A program made the translations under genes and the position numbers. Below are positions 1-11,079 of a stretch of DNA of 35,302 nucleotides, piece after piece (the first letter of the stretch is position 1; each line of letters begins with the position of its first letter). The stretch is taken from the NCBI RefSeq assembly GCF_006345805.1, contig NW_021828053.1, positions 1 through 35,302 on the forward strand, in the 5' to 3' direction. The notes beneath the pieces were generated by a model, which ran no database searches, had not been told where the DNA came from, and worked only from the letters and a program-made list of their open reading frames with translations. This DNA comes from Octopus sinensis. Lineage: Eukaryota.

Positions 1-177
1 TATGAATTTCTGTATGTGTGTGTTGTGTGTGGTTAAATATATATTCCTCTGTGTAAACTAGTGTGTATGTTTATATGGTCATTCACTATGTATGATGATC
101 TCTATATTTATTTGAAAACCATTTCCTTAGAAACCTCACATCTGTTGCACTACATAACATTATGGATTTTTCTCCAT

Positions 178-250
178 TAACGTTCTGAGTTCGCTTCCTG
201 CCGAGGTCATCCCCATCACCTTATCCTTCCAGGTTTACGAAAATAGATCG
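178..250 (+). mobile_element. Degenerate fragment of SINE family B
   Basis: CGTTCTGAGTTC...GCCGAGGTC...ATCCTT matches the reverse complement of the well-preserved copies at 13255-13873 and 15988-16222. Confidence 0.45.
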
Positions 251-569
251 ATTCGATTCGATGTTTCCTTGATTTCGTGCCAGAGAAGTGACATTAAGCA
301 TGAAATCCTACCTGATGTTATTACAAATATTTTCATTGAATTTTCCATTTAGATCGAGAAAATCAAACTTGTTACTCTTGCCATATTCAGTGTTCTGGAA
401 ATGCGCATGTGATTCTTCTTCGCATCAACTTTTGTTATTTTTTTTCTCTCCATTATATTATGTAACACGATTTTTGTCCTTGTATAGCAACTCTTATTAT
501 TTCCTATTTGTTTACTCCTAGAAAATATGAAAAAACGGCTAATATTTCCTTCCAACTTTACCTTTCTTA

Positions 570-730
570 TATTTATTCAAACCCCTCAAAATCTCTCTCA
601 GCACATGGCTGTGTTGCTCCTTCACTACTCCTGTTCATAATCAGAGACGTACAAATTGTCAGCCTCTAAGAGATATGGTCAAGCAACTGACAAGCAAATC
701 TGTGGAATTGAGCAGAATATTTGTTATAAT
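570..730 (+). mobile_element. Fragment of retroelement 3' region (family also at 18255-18720 and 30745-31001)
   Basis: Shares CAACTGACAAGCAAATCTGTGG.ATTGAGCAGAATATTTG and upstream sequence with 30745-31001. Confidence 0.65.
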
Positions 731-746
731 GATATTTCTGCTTTAG

Positions 747-1116
747 TGGTTAGGGCAGCGGACTCGCGGTCATAGAATCGCGGTTTCGATTCCCAGACCG
801 GGCGTTGTGAGTGTTTATTGAGCGAAAACACCTAAAAGCTCCACGAGGCTCCGGCAGGGGATGGTGGTGATCCCTGCTGTACTCTTTCACCACAACTTTC
901 TCTCACTCTTACTTCCTGTTTCTGTTGTACCTGTATTTCAAGGGGCCGGCCTTGTAACTCTCTGTGTCACGCTGAATCTCCTCAAGAACTACGTTAAGGG
1001 TACACGTGTCTGTGGTGTTCTCAGCCACTTGCACGTTAATTTCACGAGCAGGCTGTTCCGTTGATTCGGATCAACCGGAACCCTCGTCGTCGTAACCGAC
1101 GGAGTGCTTCCATCCC
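747..1116 (+). mobile_element. tRNA-derived SINE family C (tail X), 5'-truncated, 13-bp TSD
   Basis: A box (TGGTTAGGGC) and B box (GGTTTCGATTCCC); ATTTCTGCTTTAG repeated at 734-746 and 1117-1129; head identical to 28373 copy. Confidence 0.85.
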
Positions 1117-1614
1117 ATTTCTGCTTTAGCAACTCAGTACTGAATTTGTCTGAAATGTAATGGGGAAAAACAGGTCAGTTACAAAACCTTGATATCCAGG
1201 TCATAAAAGCACAGTTTGGAGAGAATAATAGTGAACTCCTTTGATTTCTAGATAGAAACAAATAAGAAATAACACTTACTGACCAAAGACAAGAAGCAAA
1301 TCTGTGCTATTGAACAGAATGTTTGCTGTAACAACATTTCTGCTTCAGCAACTCAGCACTGAATTTGTCTGAAATGTAATGGAAAACAGGTCAATTTCAA
1401 AACATTGATGTCCAGGTGACAAAAGCAAAGTTTGGAGGGAATGCTAGTCATTTCCTTTGATTTCTAGATAAAAGCACCCCTAGAAAAATGTCAAGAATGG
1501 CTAATATTTCCTTCCAACTTTGCTTTCCTCAAGCGTGTCCCCATTTTGACAGTTAGAAGTAAACTGAACTGTTGAGCTTACAGTTCCTGTACTTATACTG
1601 CTGTTTATGTTGCC

Positions 1615-1693
1615 AGAATGTTCTAGAAATTCTTGAAACTTTTAGAAATTTCTTGAAAGTTCTTGAAATCTCTAGAAAGTTCCAGAAAATTCT
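1615..1693. promoter_or_regulatory. Extended heat-shock-element-like array of alternating nGAAn/nTTCn pentamers
   Basis: 13 in-phase units at 5-bp spacing from 1630 to 1692 (11 perfect), plus 3 units at 1616-1628 shifted by 1 bp. Confidence 0.5.
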
Positions 1694-1851
1694 GCTTCAG
1701 AAACTCAGCACTGAATGTTCGAAATGTTAATGGAAAAATAGGTCAGTTTCAAAATAATGATGTCCAGGTGACAAAAACAAAGTTTGAAGGGAACAGTAGA
1801 TCATTTCCTTTGGTTTCTATACAAAAGCAAATAGGAAATTGACCAAAGCAA

Positions 1852-1869
1852 AATAATAATAATAATAAT

Positions 1870-1909
<40 letters not shown>

Positions 1910-1938
1910 TAATAATATAATGATAATAATAATGATAA

Positions 1939-1996
<58 letters not shown>
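1852..1996. repeat. (AAT)n microsatellite
   Basis: Direct reading. Confidence 0.95.
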
Positions 1997-2133
1997 GCTT
2001 TGTTACACAGTGTTATAACTCGGTAGGAAAATAATACCTATGACCCTTTATAGGGCCTCAGAAAGGTGGGCGGAAGATGTGTTCAAACCGGAAATCTGAT
2101 CTCAGTGCTTGCAACAAAAGGTTTCCACTAAAA

Positions 2134-2412
2134 CAGTAGTTCTGATCAAGGTTCATATGATCCCTAAGGGTCCATTTAAAACTTTGATTTAAATGTATTT
2201 GTTGCAAGAACCTTCTGGGTTTGGTTCTCTAACATTTTACACAGTTCAACCTACACAGGTAAATGCGTGAAAAGCCAAACGGGAATTTTGAAAGAATTCT
2301 CTATAAACCTAGTTTCTAAACATCCATTGGCTTTTGCGGTCCTTCAGAATAAAATGGTAATCAAAGGGTTCAATAGATAGAAAAAAATGGTTAAAAAAAA
2401 ACAGAACCGTTG
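2134..2412 (+). mobile_element. Old hAT/Charlie-like MITE
   Basis: Degenerate CAGTGGTTCT-type TIRs (CAGTAGTTCT / AGAACCGTTG); interior homologous to inverted copy at 9526-9910; flanks CACTAAAA / TATTAAAG match 5 of 8. Confidence 0.55.
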
Positions 2413-2484
2413 TATTAAAGGCGCATCACAAGCCAGACAGTGCTATTAAACTGGATTATCGATTAAAGCTATCAGTTAACTGAG

Positions 2485-2579
2485 TTAAAGCTGAATTTGA
2501 ACCCCGTATGCAAAATTGATTACAAAAGGATCCGGTTCGACCTTCTGCCAATCCGCTACCCTGAATTCCTTTAATAATT
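2485..2579 (-). CDS. Candidate terminal coding exon (LLKEFRVADWQKVEPDPFVINFAYGVQIQL*), product unknown
   Basis: Pyrimidine-rich acceptor TTTATTTTTTCATTCATCCTATCAG, then 30 open codons in non-repeat sequence; no homology confirmed. Confidence 0.2.
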
Positions 2580-3462
2580 CTGATAGGATGAATGAAAAAA
2601 TAAACCGCAACGGGATATGTTTTTTCCTTATTAAGTTTTAATTGAGACCCCTGGAATTCAGATCCTCTTTTTGTTTTTGATTGTATTCTGCTACTGCGAA
2701 CCTGGAGCCATTGTAATATTCTTTTTTTACACTCATGCTTCCGCTTATAGCAGTGAATCATCACGGCTGTGACCTCTAATAATCAGAATATAAAGTAAAC
2801 CAATCAGAAATGGTCACTTTGAGACAGCGACACGACACAACTCAGGTGAGTCAAAGCGAACTATCACATCCGCAATCCTACCCCCCTATGACACATTTTA
2901 AAACAAATATGTACGGCCTGTGTGTTACTCGAAACCAAAAACCCTAGATTACCAAAGCTTCTTGCAGTGACTCGTAGACACAGCTTATGTGTGTCTAAAA
3001 AAACAACCACATCAGCCATAGCTTACTTGTGACTCATAAGCACAGACTATGTATATGACTCACAAGCACATTTTCTATGTAACTCGCATCCATATCCTCT
3101 TCATAAGTTCTATCAACAGGTTGTATGTAACTCGAAACCATAGACACTGTTGAATCATAATCGCAGCTTATTCTCAAGACATAACTATGGACACTATGCG
3201 GTCGGTAATCAGAGCGATTGCACGATTTCATACGATTGTTGGTGACAGTCTCCACGTGAGTAGTAAAGCAAATTTAATATGAATGATTGATTTGCTCAAA
3301 GATAGAATTGGTGTGAGAGATTAAACCCATGCTATGACGGCGGTTCGAGGTAGTTATGAATACTTCACCTAGCGTATATCATTTCAACATGAGGATTAAT
3401 GATATTTATATACGTAAACACGTATATTTCTTTTTCTGTCACTCTCTCCCCCATCCTCTCTC

Positions 3463-3466
<4 letters not shown>

Positions 3467-3498
<32 letters not shown>

Positions 3499-3594
3499 TG
3501 CATGTGATATATAATAATTACATATGCATACATATATATATATATATATACTATATATATAACATTACATTCAGAACAGATATATAAATGTTTG

Positions 3595-3634
<40 letters not shown>

Positions 3635-3642
3635 CATAATAT

Positions 3643-3685
<43 letters not shown>

Positions 3686-3692
3686 TAGATAG
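3467..3692. repeat. Interrupted (TA)n microsatellite
   Basis: Direct reading. Confidence 0.9.
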
Positions 3693-3803
3693 ATTCAAAT
3701 GAATATGGTACTTAAGTCAGATACACCAGAATTTTGTATGGTGTTATCCATATAAATCCATGGGCTGATTATAATCAAACTAAGCAACAAGAATATCTTC
3801 GGT

Positions 3804-3893
3804 AATTTGGCACGATCGTTTCACGCTACATCATTTTATTACACATTCTAAGTATTACAGCAGTTTTAAAATGTTGAGCAATCTTCAGCCATT
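3804..3893 (-). ncRNA. Mirror hammerhead-like motif, probably inactive
   Basis: Same layout on the minus strand, but the cleavage triplet is GUG (3811-3813), which violates the NUH rule. Confidence 0.4.
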
Positions 3894-3981
3894 CATAGAG
3901 GTTTTCCATCAATACACATACTTATTTCCATATACTTATTAACATGGAAATAAGTAGATGTATTGATGGAAAACCCCTATG

Positions 3982-4070
3982 AATGGCTGAAGATTGTCAA
4001 CATTTTAAAACTGATGTAATAGTTACATGTGTAATAAAATGATTGTAGCGTGAAACGATCGTACCAAATT
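3982..4070 (+). ncRNA. Type I hammerhead-like motif (right arm of palindrome 1)
   Basis: CTGAAGA 3987-3993, long imperfect stem II, GAAA 4052-4055, palindromic stem III ACGATCGT, GUA 4061-4063; stem I weak (TGG/CCA). Confidence 0.55.
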
Positions 4071-4184
4071 ACCGAAGATATTCTTGTTGCTTATTTTGAT
4101 ATATATAAATATATGTATATATATAATATTATATATATATATATACATATATTTATATATTATCAAACGATAGACATATTTATA

Positions 4185-4228
<44 letters not shown>

Positions 4229-4415
4229 TAGTTGAATGAATTATCTTAGTATGGATAATTCGGTTAACCGATACCTGGGTAGCAAATTCACGTCAGAAAA
4301 ACACGGTTGAAGCTACATGCCAAGGGCAGAGATCACGTGCTTTCGTGTGGAAATGTGTGTGTTTTTTTTAATACAAATAAATGAAAGAATGGAGTTGAAC
4401 GACGATTTAACAAAA

Positions 4416-4515
4416 TTCCTTTATTCTCGACATATGTTTCGAAGGCTGCATATTCCTTAATTTCGAAGGAATAAGAGGTACATTATGCCTCCTTCTCATC
4501 AGGAAAAACAAGGAA
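4416..4515 (-). ncRNA. Type I hammerhead ribozyme (left arm of palindrome 2)
   Basis: Reverse-complement copy with intact CTGATGA (4496-4502), GAAA (4437-4440) and GUC (4429-4431). Confidence 0.7.
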
Positions 4516-4584
4516 CTTATATCAGCATCAAGATGAACAAAAGAGTCATCTAAAAGTTTTTGCTCATCTTGATGCTGACATAAG

Positions 4585-4683
4585 TTCCTTGTTTTTCCTG
4601 ATGAGAAGGCGGCATAATGCACCCCTTATTCCTTCGAAATTAAGAATATGCAGCCTTCGAAACATATGTCGAGAATAAAGGAA
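4585..4683 (+). ncRNA. Type I hammerhead ribozyme (right arm of palindrome 2)
   Basis: CTGATGA 4598-4604; stem II GAAGGC/GCCTTC plus GCATA/TATGC; GAAA 4659-4662; palindromic stem III ACATATGT; GUC 4668-4670; stem I TTCCTTGTTTTTC/GAGAATAAAGGAA. Confidence 0.75.
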
Positions 4684-4789
4684 TTTTGTTAAATCGTCGT
4701 TCAACTCCATTCTTTCATTTATTTATATATATATAATATATATATATATATATGTACATACCTACATATATATGTATATATACATGGAT

Positions 4790-4955
4790 ATATGGGTACA
4801 GGACAGCAGAAAAACTTAGAAAGAATGAGAAACGAGAACATAAAGTCAAAAACATAGAAAACGAACAAACGTAAAAAAAACGAACAAACAGAGAAACGAA
4901 ACATGCAACATTAAGAACATTCCCTTCATCAGTTGTCCCCCGGTTTATCTACTCC
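4790..4955. repeat. Unclassified interspersed-repeat fragment (A-rich, AAACG motifs)
   Basis: Bounded by (TA)n; resembles octopus repeats from recall only. Confidence 0.3.
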
Positions 4956-4978
4956 GCGGCATATGATATATACATATT

Positions 4979-5084
4979 TACATATACGGAATATGTATGT
5001 GTATATATATATAATTATATAGAATGTAATACAAATACATATAAAATATATGATATATATTATGCATATCATGCAATTTTGATT

Positions 5085-5124
<40 letters not shown>

Positions 5125-6000
5125 AAGGAAAGTTTATATTTAAAGGAAACTTTGATCTATTACTAGAGATGTGAAATGATGTTATTGCTCCGTGTCCTCC
5201 CAAGTAGAAGTGAAATCTGAGATACTGGTAGCCTGGGTAAACTAGGGGTGTTGTAATTGATGAAAAGGTGAGAGGAAGATAATCTGAATAGAGGACGTAA
5301 GACTGTTTGTCCAGGATAGGATTACACAGCCACAGCAGGAAATGTATCAGGACCTGAAATATAAAAGCCGGACTAGACTACTTCATGCGCAACTCCATTG
5401 TCTCCCGAGACAGAAAGGATGCCAATACAATAACATATGCATACGACCACACTTTACACACTTCACTTTCTTGCTCAGTTGTTAACAATGAAAGTCAACG
5501 AGAAGTTGATAACTTTGTGCGCATGTGCAACAGATTTTAAGGTCAACCTGTGCCAAGCGACTTTACTTTGCATATTTTAACTCCATTACCAAAGCGACAG
5601 TCTCGATACTTTTTGATCAGACCTCGTATGTATATATGTATGAGCAGATATATGTATAGCAGTTCGAAGCATGTATCGAGTGAAAAAAAATCACCGCATC
5701 AGCGCAGCACATTACATTGAAATGTCGGTGAACTGTCTAAAAATGACAGAATATAGATTTTAACACGATCAAAAGAAAAACTACAACAACAACAACAGCA
5801 ATATCAACTACAAACTCTAAAAGACAAAGAAGAACAAAGTCAAGAGCAAAGTCCAACCGAATCTATAATAAATGTCCACAATATATTATGTATGACAGGC
5901 ATTGTCGACATTTGATTGGCTGCCGGCCACTTCATTCAACAGATCTGTATACACACAATCAATAAAACAAGTAATCAATGCGGCGGGTGAGGTCAACCTG

Positions 6001-6039
<39 letters not shown>

Positions 6040-6210
6040 TATATATATATATATTATATGCATATAGGATATGTAAGTGGTATATATATAATATATATAA
6101 TACATATACGGAATATGTATGTGTATATATATATAATTATATAGAATATAATACAAATAATATAAAATATATGATATATTATGCATATCATGCAATTTTG
6201 ATTGTATATA

Positions 6211-6244
<34 letters not shown>

Positions 6245-6410
6245 TTAAAGGAAACTTTGATCTATTACTAGAGATGTGAAATGATGTTATTGCTCCGTGT
6301 CCTCCCAAGTAGAAGTGAAATCTGAGATACTGGTAGCCTGGGTAAACTAGGGGTGTTGTAATTGATGAAAAGGTGAGAGGAAAATAATCTGAATAGAGGA
6401 CGTAAGACTG
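4979..6410 (+). repeat. Recent direct duplication: 4979-5305 and 6101-6410
   Basis: 167-bp non-microsatellite core (5139-5305 vs 6244-6410) differs at one base; preceding AT-rich segment also shared. Confidence 0.9.
5380..5628 (-). mobile_element. Mariner-like element 5' end
   Basis: Minus strand TACGAGGTCTGATCAAAAAGTATCGAGACTG (5598-5628) is a mariner-type TIR with TA target, followed by a mariner-like 5' UTR. Confidence 0.6.
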
Positions 6411-6559
6411 ACACACTGGCACACATGTAGACACTCACATATAGACAGATATACAAACGCACGCTTATGCTTCCACACATACAGTGAGGAAATTTTCTCG
6501 GAAGATTCGATTGAGGTGCTCTCAAAACTTGTATAGAATAACGTTAATACAACATATCC

Positions 6560-6645
6560 AGATAGTATATATATACGTACACACACACACACACACACAC
6601 GCTCAAACACAACATACAAACATAGTACATATATATATGTATATG

Positions 6646-6695
<50 letters not shown>

Positions 6696-6731
6696 TGCTC
6701 ATTTCTATCTATCTAATATATTATCTATCTG

Positions 6732-6826
<95 letters not shown>

Positions 6827-6905
6827 CTTATACATATATATATATATGTACTATGTTTGTATGTTTGTGTTTGAGCGTGTGTGTGTGTGTACGTATATAT
6901 ATATA
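6560..6905. repeat. Compound (CA)n/(TA)n/(TC)n microsatellite
   Basis: Direct reading. Confidence 0.9.
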
Positions 6906-7546
6906 TACTATCTTCACCACGTCTAATCGTAATCTTCACCACGTCTAATGGTAGCCTAGAGGCAAATACAAGGAGATTTTACGTTGAGTAAATGATGGCG
7001 ATAATTTCTGATTGCACTAGCGTTGCTGCTATTTCATATTTGAACTTAATTTAGTATTCAGCAGACATGCCTTGTGAATGATACATTAATAAGTTTGAAT
7101 CACCAGAAAGTATCTGCACAGGTTAAACGGTATAACGAGGATGGGTTGAGGTTTGCTTACTTTCGGGATGTATAATGGCATAGATATATGATTGCAATAA
7201 AGAATTGCGAAAGACATAGGACAGACGTTGGCAAATAACTGACATTAGGGATTTTTAACATTGACATGTGTGAATTTTAAGTGATGAGAGGATGTGATGG
7301 TAGGAAGTTCGATACGATAGTGTCAATGCAGGCTGGCAAGATGCTTTTAAATATGTTATTGCAAAACAAACATGTTGAGACCTTCAGATGTGACGAGTTG
7401 TCAAAGAATAAAAGAACAACTTTGATGTAGATATCGGCATAATTTTACAAAATTACGAAGATTTGATGTAAAGCATTTCTTTTGTCAGATGTTCGACTGG
7501 TATTTTTGATTGACGATATATGTATCATATATGTGTGTGTGTATGT

Positions 7547-7592
<46 letters not shown>

Positions 7593-7827
7593 ATGTGTGT
7601 GTTTGTGCGAGTGTATTCGGATATAAGATTTCCCGCTGAGGAAATTGTTACGGGGAAAAAAAAAAACTCATTCCCAAGATGACGTGTGAAAACGCCCTGG
7701 GCTGTTAGAGTTTTGATTGATGCATTAAGATGCTGTGTTTCTCCGTTCATTTTCTCAGCTACAAACACAGCGTGTGTCATTCACAATCCGATATGAATAA
7801 ATTCTCTTATATCTAACAATTTTCAAA

Positions 7828-7874
7828 ATGTATGTATGTATGTATGTATGTAAGTATGTGTGTGTGTATATATA

Positions 7875-7909
<35 letters not shown>

Positions 7910-8416
7910 ATACTATACTATAGATATATATATAATAGATTATATATAATAATAATATATATATGTATGTTATGTATGTATGTATGTATGTATGTATGTA
8001 TGTATGTATGTATGTATGTATGTATGCATGTATGTATCTATCATCTATCTATATCTAATATATGTGTATGTATATATACACATATATATATATGTACACC
8101 CACTAGAATGGGAGCAACGCTATCCGAATGATTGATATCTTGTAAAAATGTAATATATAAATAAATATCTACAAATATGAACATCTGATCTGATTACCTT
8201 ACCAATATTTTTTCTAATATATATATATATATATACATATATATTATATATATATATATATATATATCTACATATATATATATGTGTATATATACATACA
8301 CATATATAGATATAGATAGAAGATAGATACCTACATGCATACATACATACATACATACATATACATACATACATACATACCCATACATACATACATACAT
8401 ACATACTTGCATACAT
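7828..8416. repeat. (TATG)n, (TA)n and (CATA)n tracts with a short unique spacer
   Basis: Direct reading. Confidence 0.9.
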
Positions 8417-8417
8417 A

Positions 8418-8654
8418 GGCGCAGGTGTGGCTGTGTGGTAAGACGCTTGCTTCCCAACCACGTGGTTCCGGGTTGGGTCCCACTGCGTGGCACCTTGGGC
8501 AAGTGTCTTCTACTATAGCTTCGAGTTGACGAAAGCCTTGTGAGTGGATTTGGCGGACGGAAACTGAAAGAGGCCCGTCATATACATACATTCATACATA
8601 CATACATACATACATACATACATACATACATACATACATACATACATACATACA

Positions 8655-8690
<36 letters not shown>

Positions 8691-8917
8691 TGCGTTTGTG
8701 TGTATGTCTCTCTGTGTGTCTGTATCGTCTCACCTGCCACCGCTTGACAACCAGTGTTTACATCCCCGTAACTTAGTTTTTCGGCAAAAGAGGCCGATAG
8801 AATAAGTAGGAGGTTTTAAAGAAACATTCCGTGGGTGGATCTGCTAGACTAAAATCCTGCAGGGTGATCCTCCAGCATAGCCGCAGTCAAATGACTGAAA
8901 CGAAAGAATGAAAGAAT
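8418..8917 (+). mobile_element. tRNA-derived SINE family A, full length, internal microsatellite
   Basis: GGCGCAGG head, A/B boxes, CORE-like CACCTTGGGCAAG, tail CAGTCAAATGACTGAAAC; eight copies in window. Confidence 0.85.
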
Positions 8918-9525
8918 ATAAATATCTTGTTGACCCTTGGGAACGTCATTACGCCAATAATAACACACGCAATGGTTCGATACCACTTCTTTATTGTTGG
9001 TCAATTGGTTAATTATCTAGCCAACTAATTAATCGATCATTTGTTTAATACACTATAGACACCTCAAGAAAGAATAACCTATTAAATTAACTTTTCATTT
9101 ACGTCGCATAACTATGACCTGGGTCAAATCCCAACTTGGTCTTCGTCACACTATTTTGACCTGGTCATTATCATTTAAATAAAAGGGTTGGGAACCACGG
9201 TGAAAATTTTGGGAACATCTGATCTAGAGGTATTCGCCGCAATCTTAAAACACGTTGATTACAGAAGGAGGACTAGTAAATTCGCAACAGGTGAGATGCC
9301 AGTGAAATCAATGAACAGGTTTTGGTGCTTCAATGAATTTGGCATATCTCAACAGAAAATAGCTTCAGACCTGATATCCCTCAACAAAAGATAGATTCGT
9401 ACATAAAACCTCTTTCCGCTGTTTCAGATAAGGATAATGGAACTTTGAATAAATATATCTGATTTCCGCAGTAAAAGAGTAAAGGAAGAATGGACACATT
9501 GAACAATATAGTGTCTGATCTATGG

Positions 9526-9910
9526 CAGTTATTATCAGCCATTCTTTTTTTTTTTTTTTTTTTTTTACTTACAGAGCCTTTTGATTTCTGTTTTATTCTG
9601 GTGGAACCCTATAGCCATTCGATGTTTTAGAAACTATTTTTATAGAAATGTCTTTCAAAAATTTCTGTTTTGTTTTTCACACGTTCACTTGCATACATTA
9701 GCAAGAAACATGCTGAAATATTTTTAAGCGTTGGAGAAAGAAACATGGCTGTTTCTTGCTGAATTTTTTTCATGGACCTTTGAAAAAAAAAAATACTATG
9801 GATCCCTAATTTACTATTTTGCTTGCCTGAACCCCCAGAATTCTCTTTTTTTCTCCCCCACCACCATCATCAGCCCCCGGGATCATACGAACCCTGGCTG
9901 AGAAGCACAG
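9526..9910 (-). mobile_element. Old hAT/Charlie-like MITE related to 2134-2412
   Basis: Ends CAGTTATTATCAGCCATT and GGCTGAGAAGCACAG; interior aligns by eye with 2265-2380; no TSD seen. Confidence 0.5.
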
Positions 9911-10289
9911 ATTGTCATATCAAGAATGCCCCTGATTTAAACATAGGTCCGTCTCGATCACGAATGATTCAGGGGTCACTCAGCAACAGATACTGCTTCT
10001 AAAGCAGGAGAAATGCATAAAGAGATATGATAAGAGTGAAAAAGAGAGAATGAGAGAGGGAGCAGAATAAAAGGTTGTTATATAGCATTACACCAAGAGA
10101 AAGAGAGAGAGAAAGAGAGAAAGAGAGAGAGAGAGAGAAAGACAGACAGACGAACAGAAAAAAAGATAGGCAGCATAAGTGAGATACGGAGTTCAAGAGA
10201 AAGATGTAAAGAATGAGAGATGGCGAGTTATATGGAGTTTGGGAGAGGGAGTTTATCTCTAGTCAGTGTGTTATAGTTAAAAAGGATGT

Positions 10290-10840
<551 letters not shown>

Positions 10841-11079
10841 TGGAGAGAGGTGCGGGGTGTTAAAGAGAGGAGAGTTGCAGAGAAAATTACAAAATCAAAG
10901 AGAACTCATGTATCCGTGTTGCTTGTGTGTTTGTGTTTGTGTGCCAATGTGTGTGTGCGTGTGTGAGCACGCATATACATATATGTGTATGTAGAGAGAG
11001 AAAAAGAGAGAGAAAGAAATTGAGAGACTGAGATCTATAGATTCCAAGAGGAACCTAGTTATATCATCTTAAAAATAGG

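Larger units (their letters stand above)
692..1850 (+). repeat. Three diverged copies of a 130-220 bp unit (1117-1254, 1336-1470, 1689-1821); the first is split by a SINE
   Basis: TTCTGCTTYAGMAACTCAGYACTGAAT...CAGGTCA...GATRTCCAGGT...CCTTTGRTTTCTA recurs three times; the first two are 219 bp apart. Confidence 0.8.
3774..4100. mobile_element. Palindrome 1: inverted pair of Penelope-like pLTR fragments
   Basis: ~155-bp arms around a 12-nt loop (3932-3943); each arm has CTGAAGA...GAAACGATCGT. Confidence 0.7.
4375..4724. mobile_element. Palindrome 2: inverted pair of Penelope-like pLTR fragments
   Basis: ~168-bp near-identical arms around a 15-nt loop (4543-4557); complete HHR core in each arm. 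Confidence 0.8.

Noticed and set aside
747-820. tRNA-like sequences here and at the other SINE heads
   Set aside because: A and B boxes only, no full cloverleaf, and they continue into SINE bodies
2456-2764. 102-aa minus-strand ORF
   Set aside because: No recognisable motif; a different frame after the acceptor at 2580 looks more protein-like
4926-4932. CTGATGA on the minus strand as another hammerhead
   Set aside because: No stem II closed by GAAA and no stem III downstream
5766-5915. 50-codon polyQ-containing frame
   Set aside because: No start codon or pyrimidine-rich acceptor; polyQ explained by a short (CAA)n
4979-6410. LTR retrotransposon or TRIM interpretation of the direct repeats
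   Set aside because: No TG...CA termini, primer-binding site, polypurine tract or TSD seen
6910-6953. 22-bp tandem repeat, and the 219-bp unit at 1117-1470, as CRISPR-like arrays
   Set aside because: Only two or three copies, no unique spacers, no cas genes, eukaryotic context
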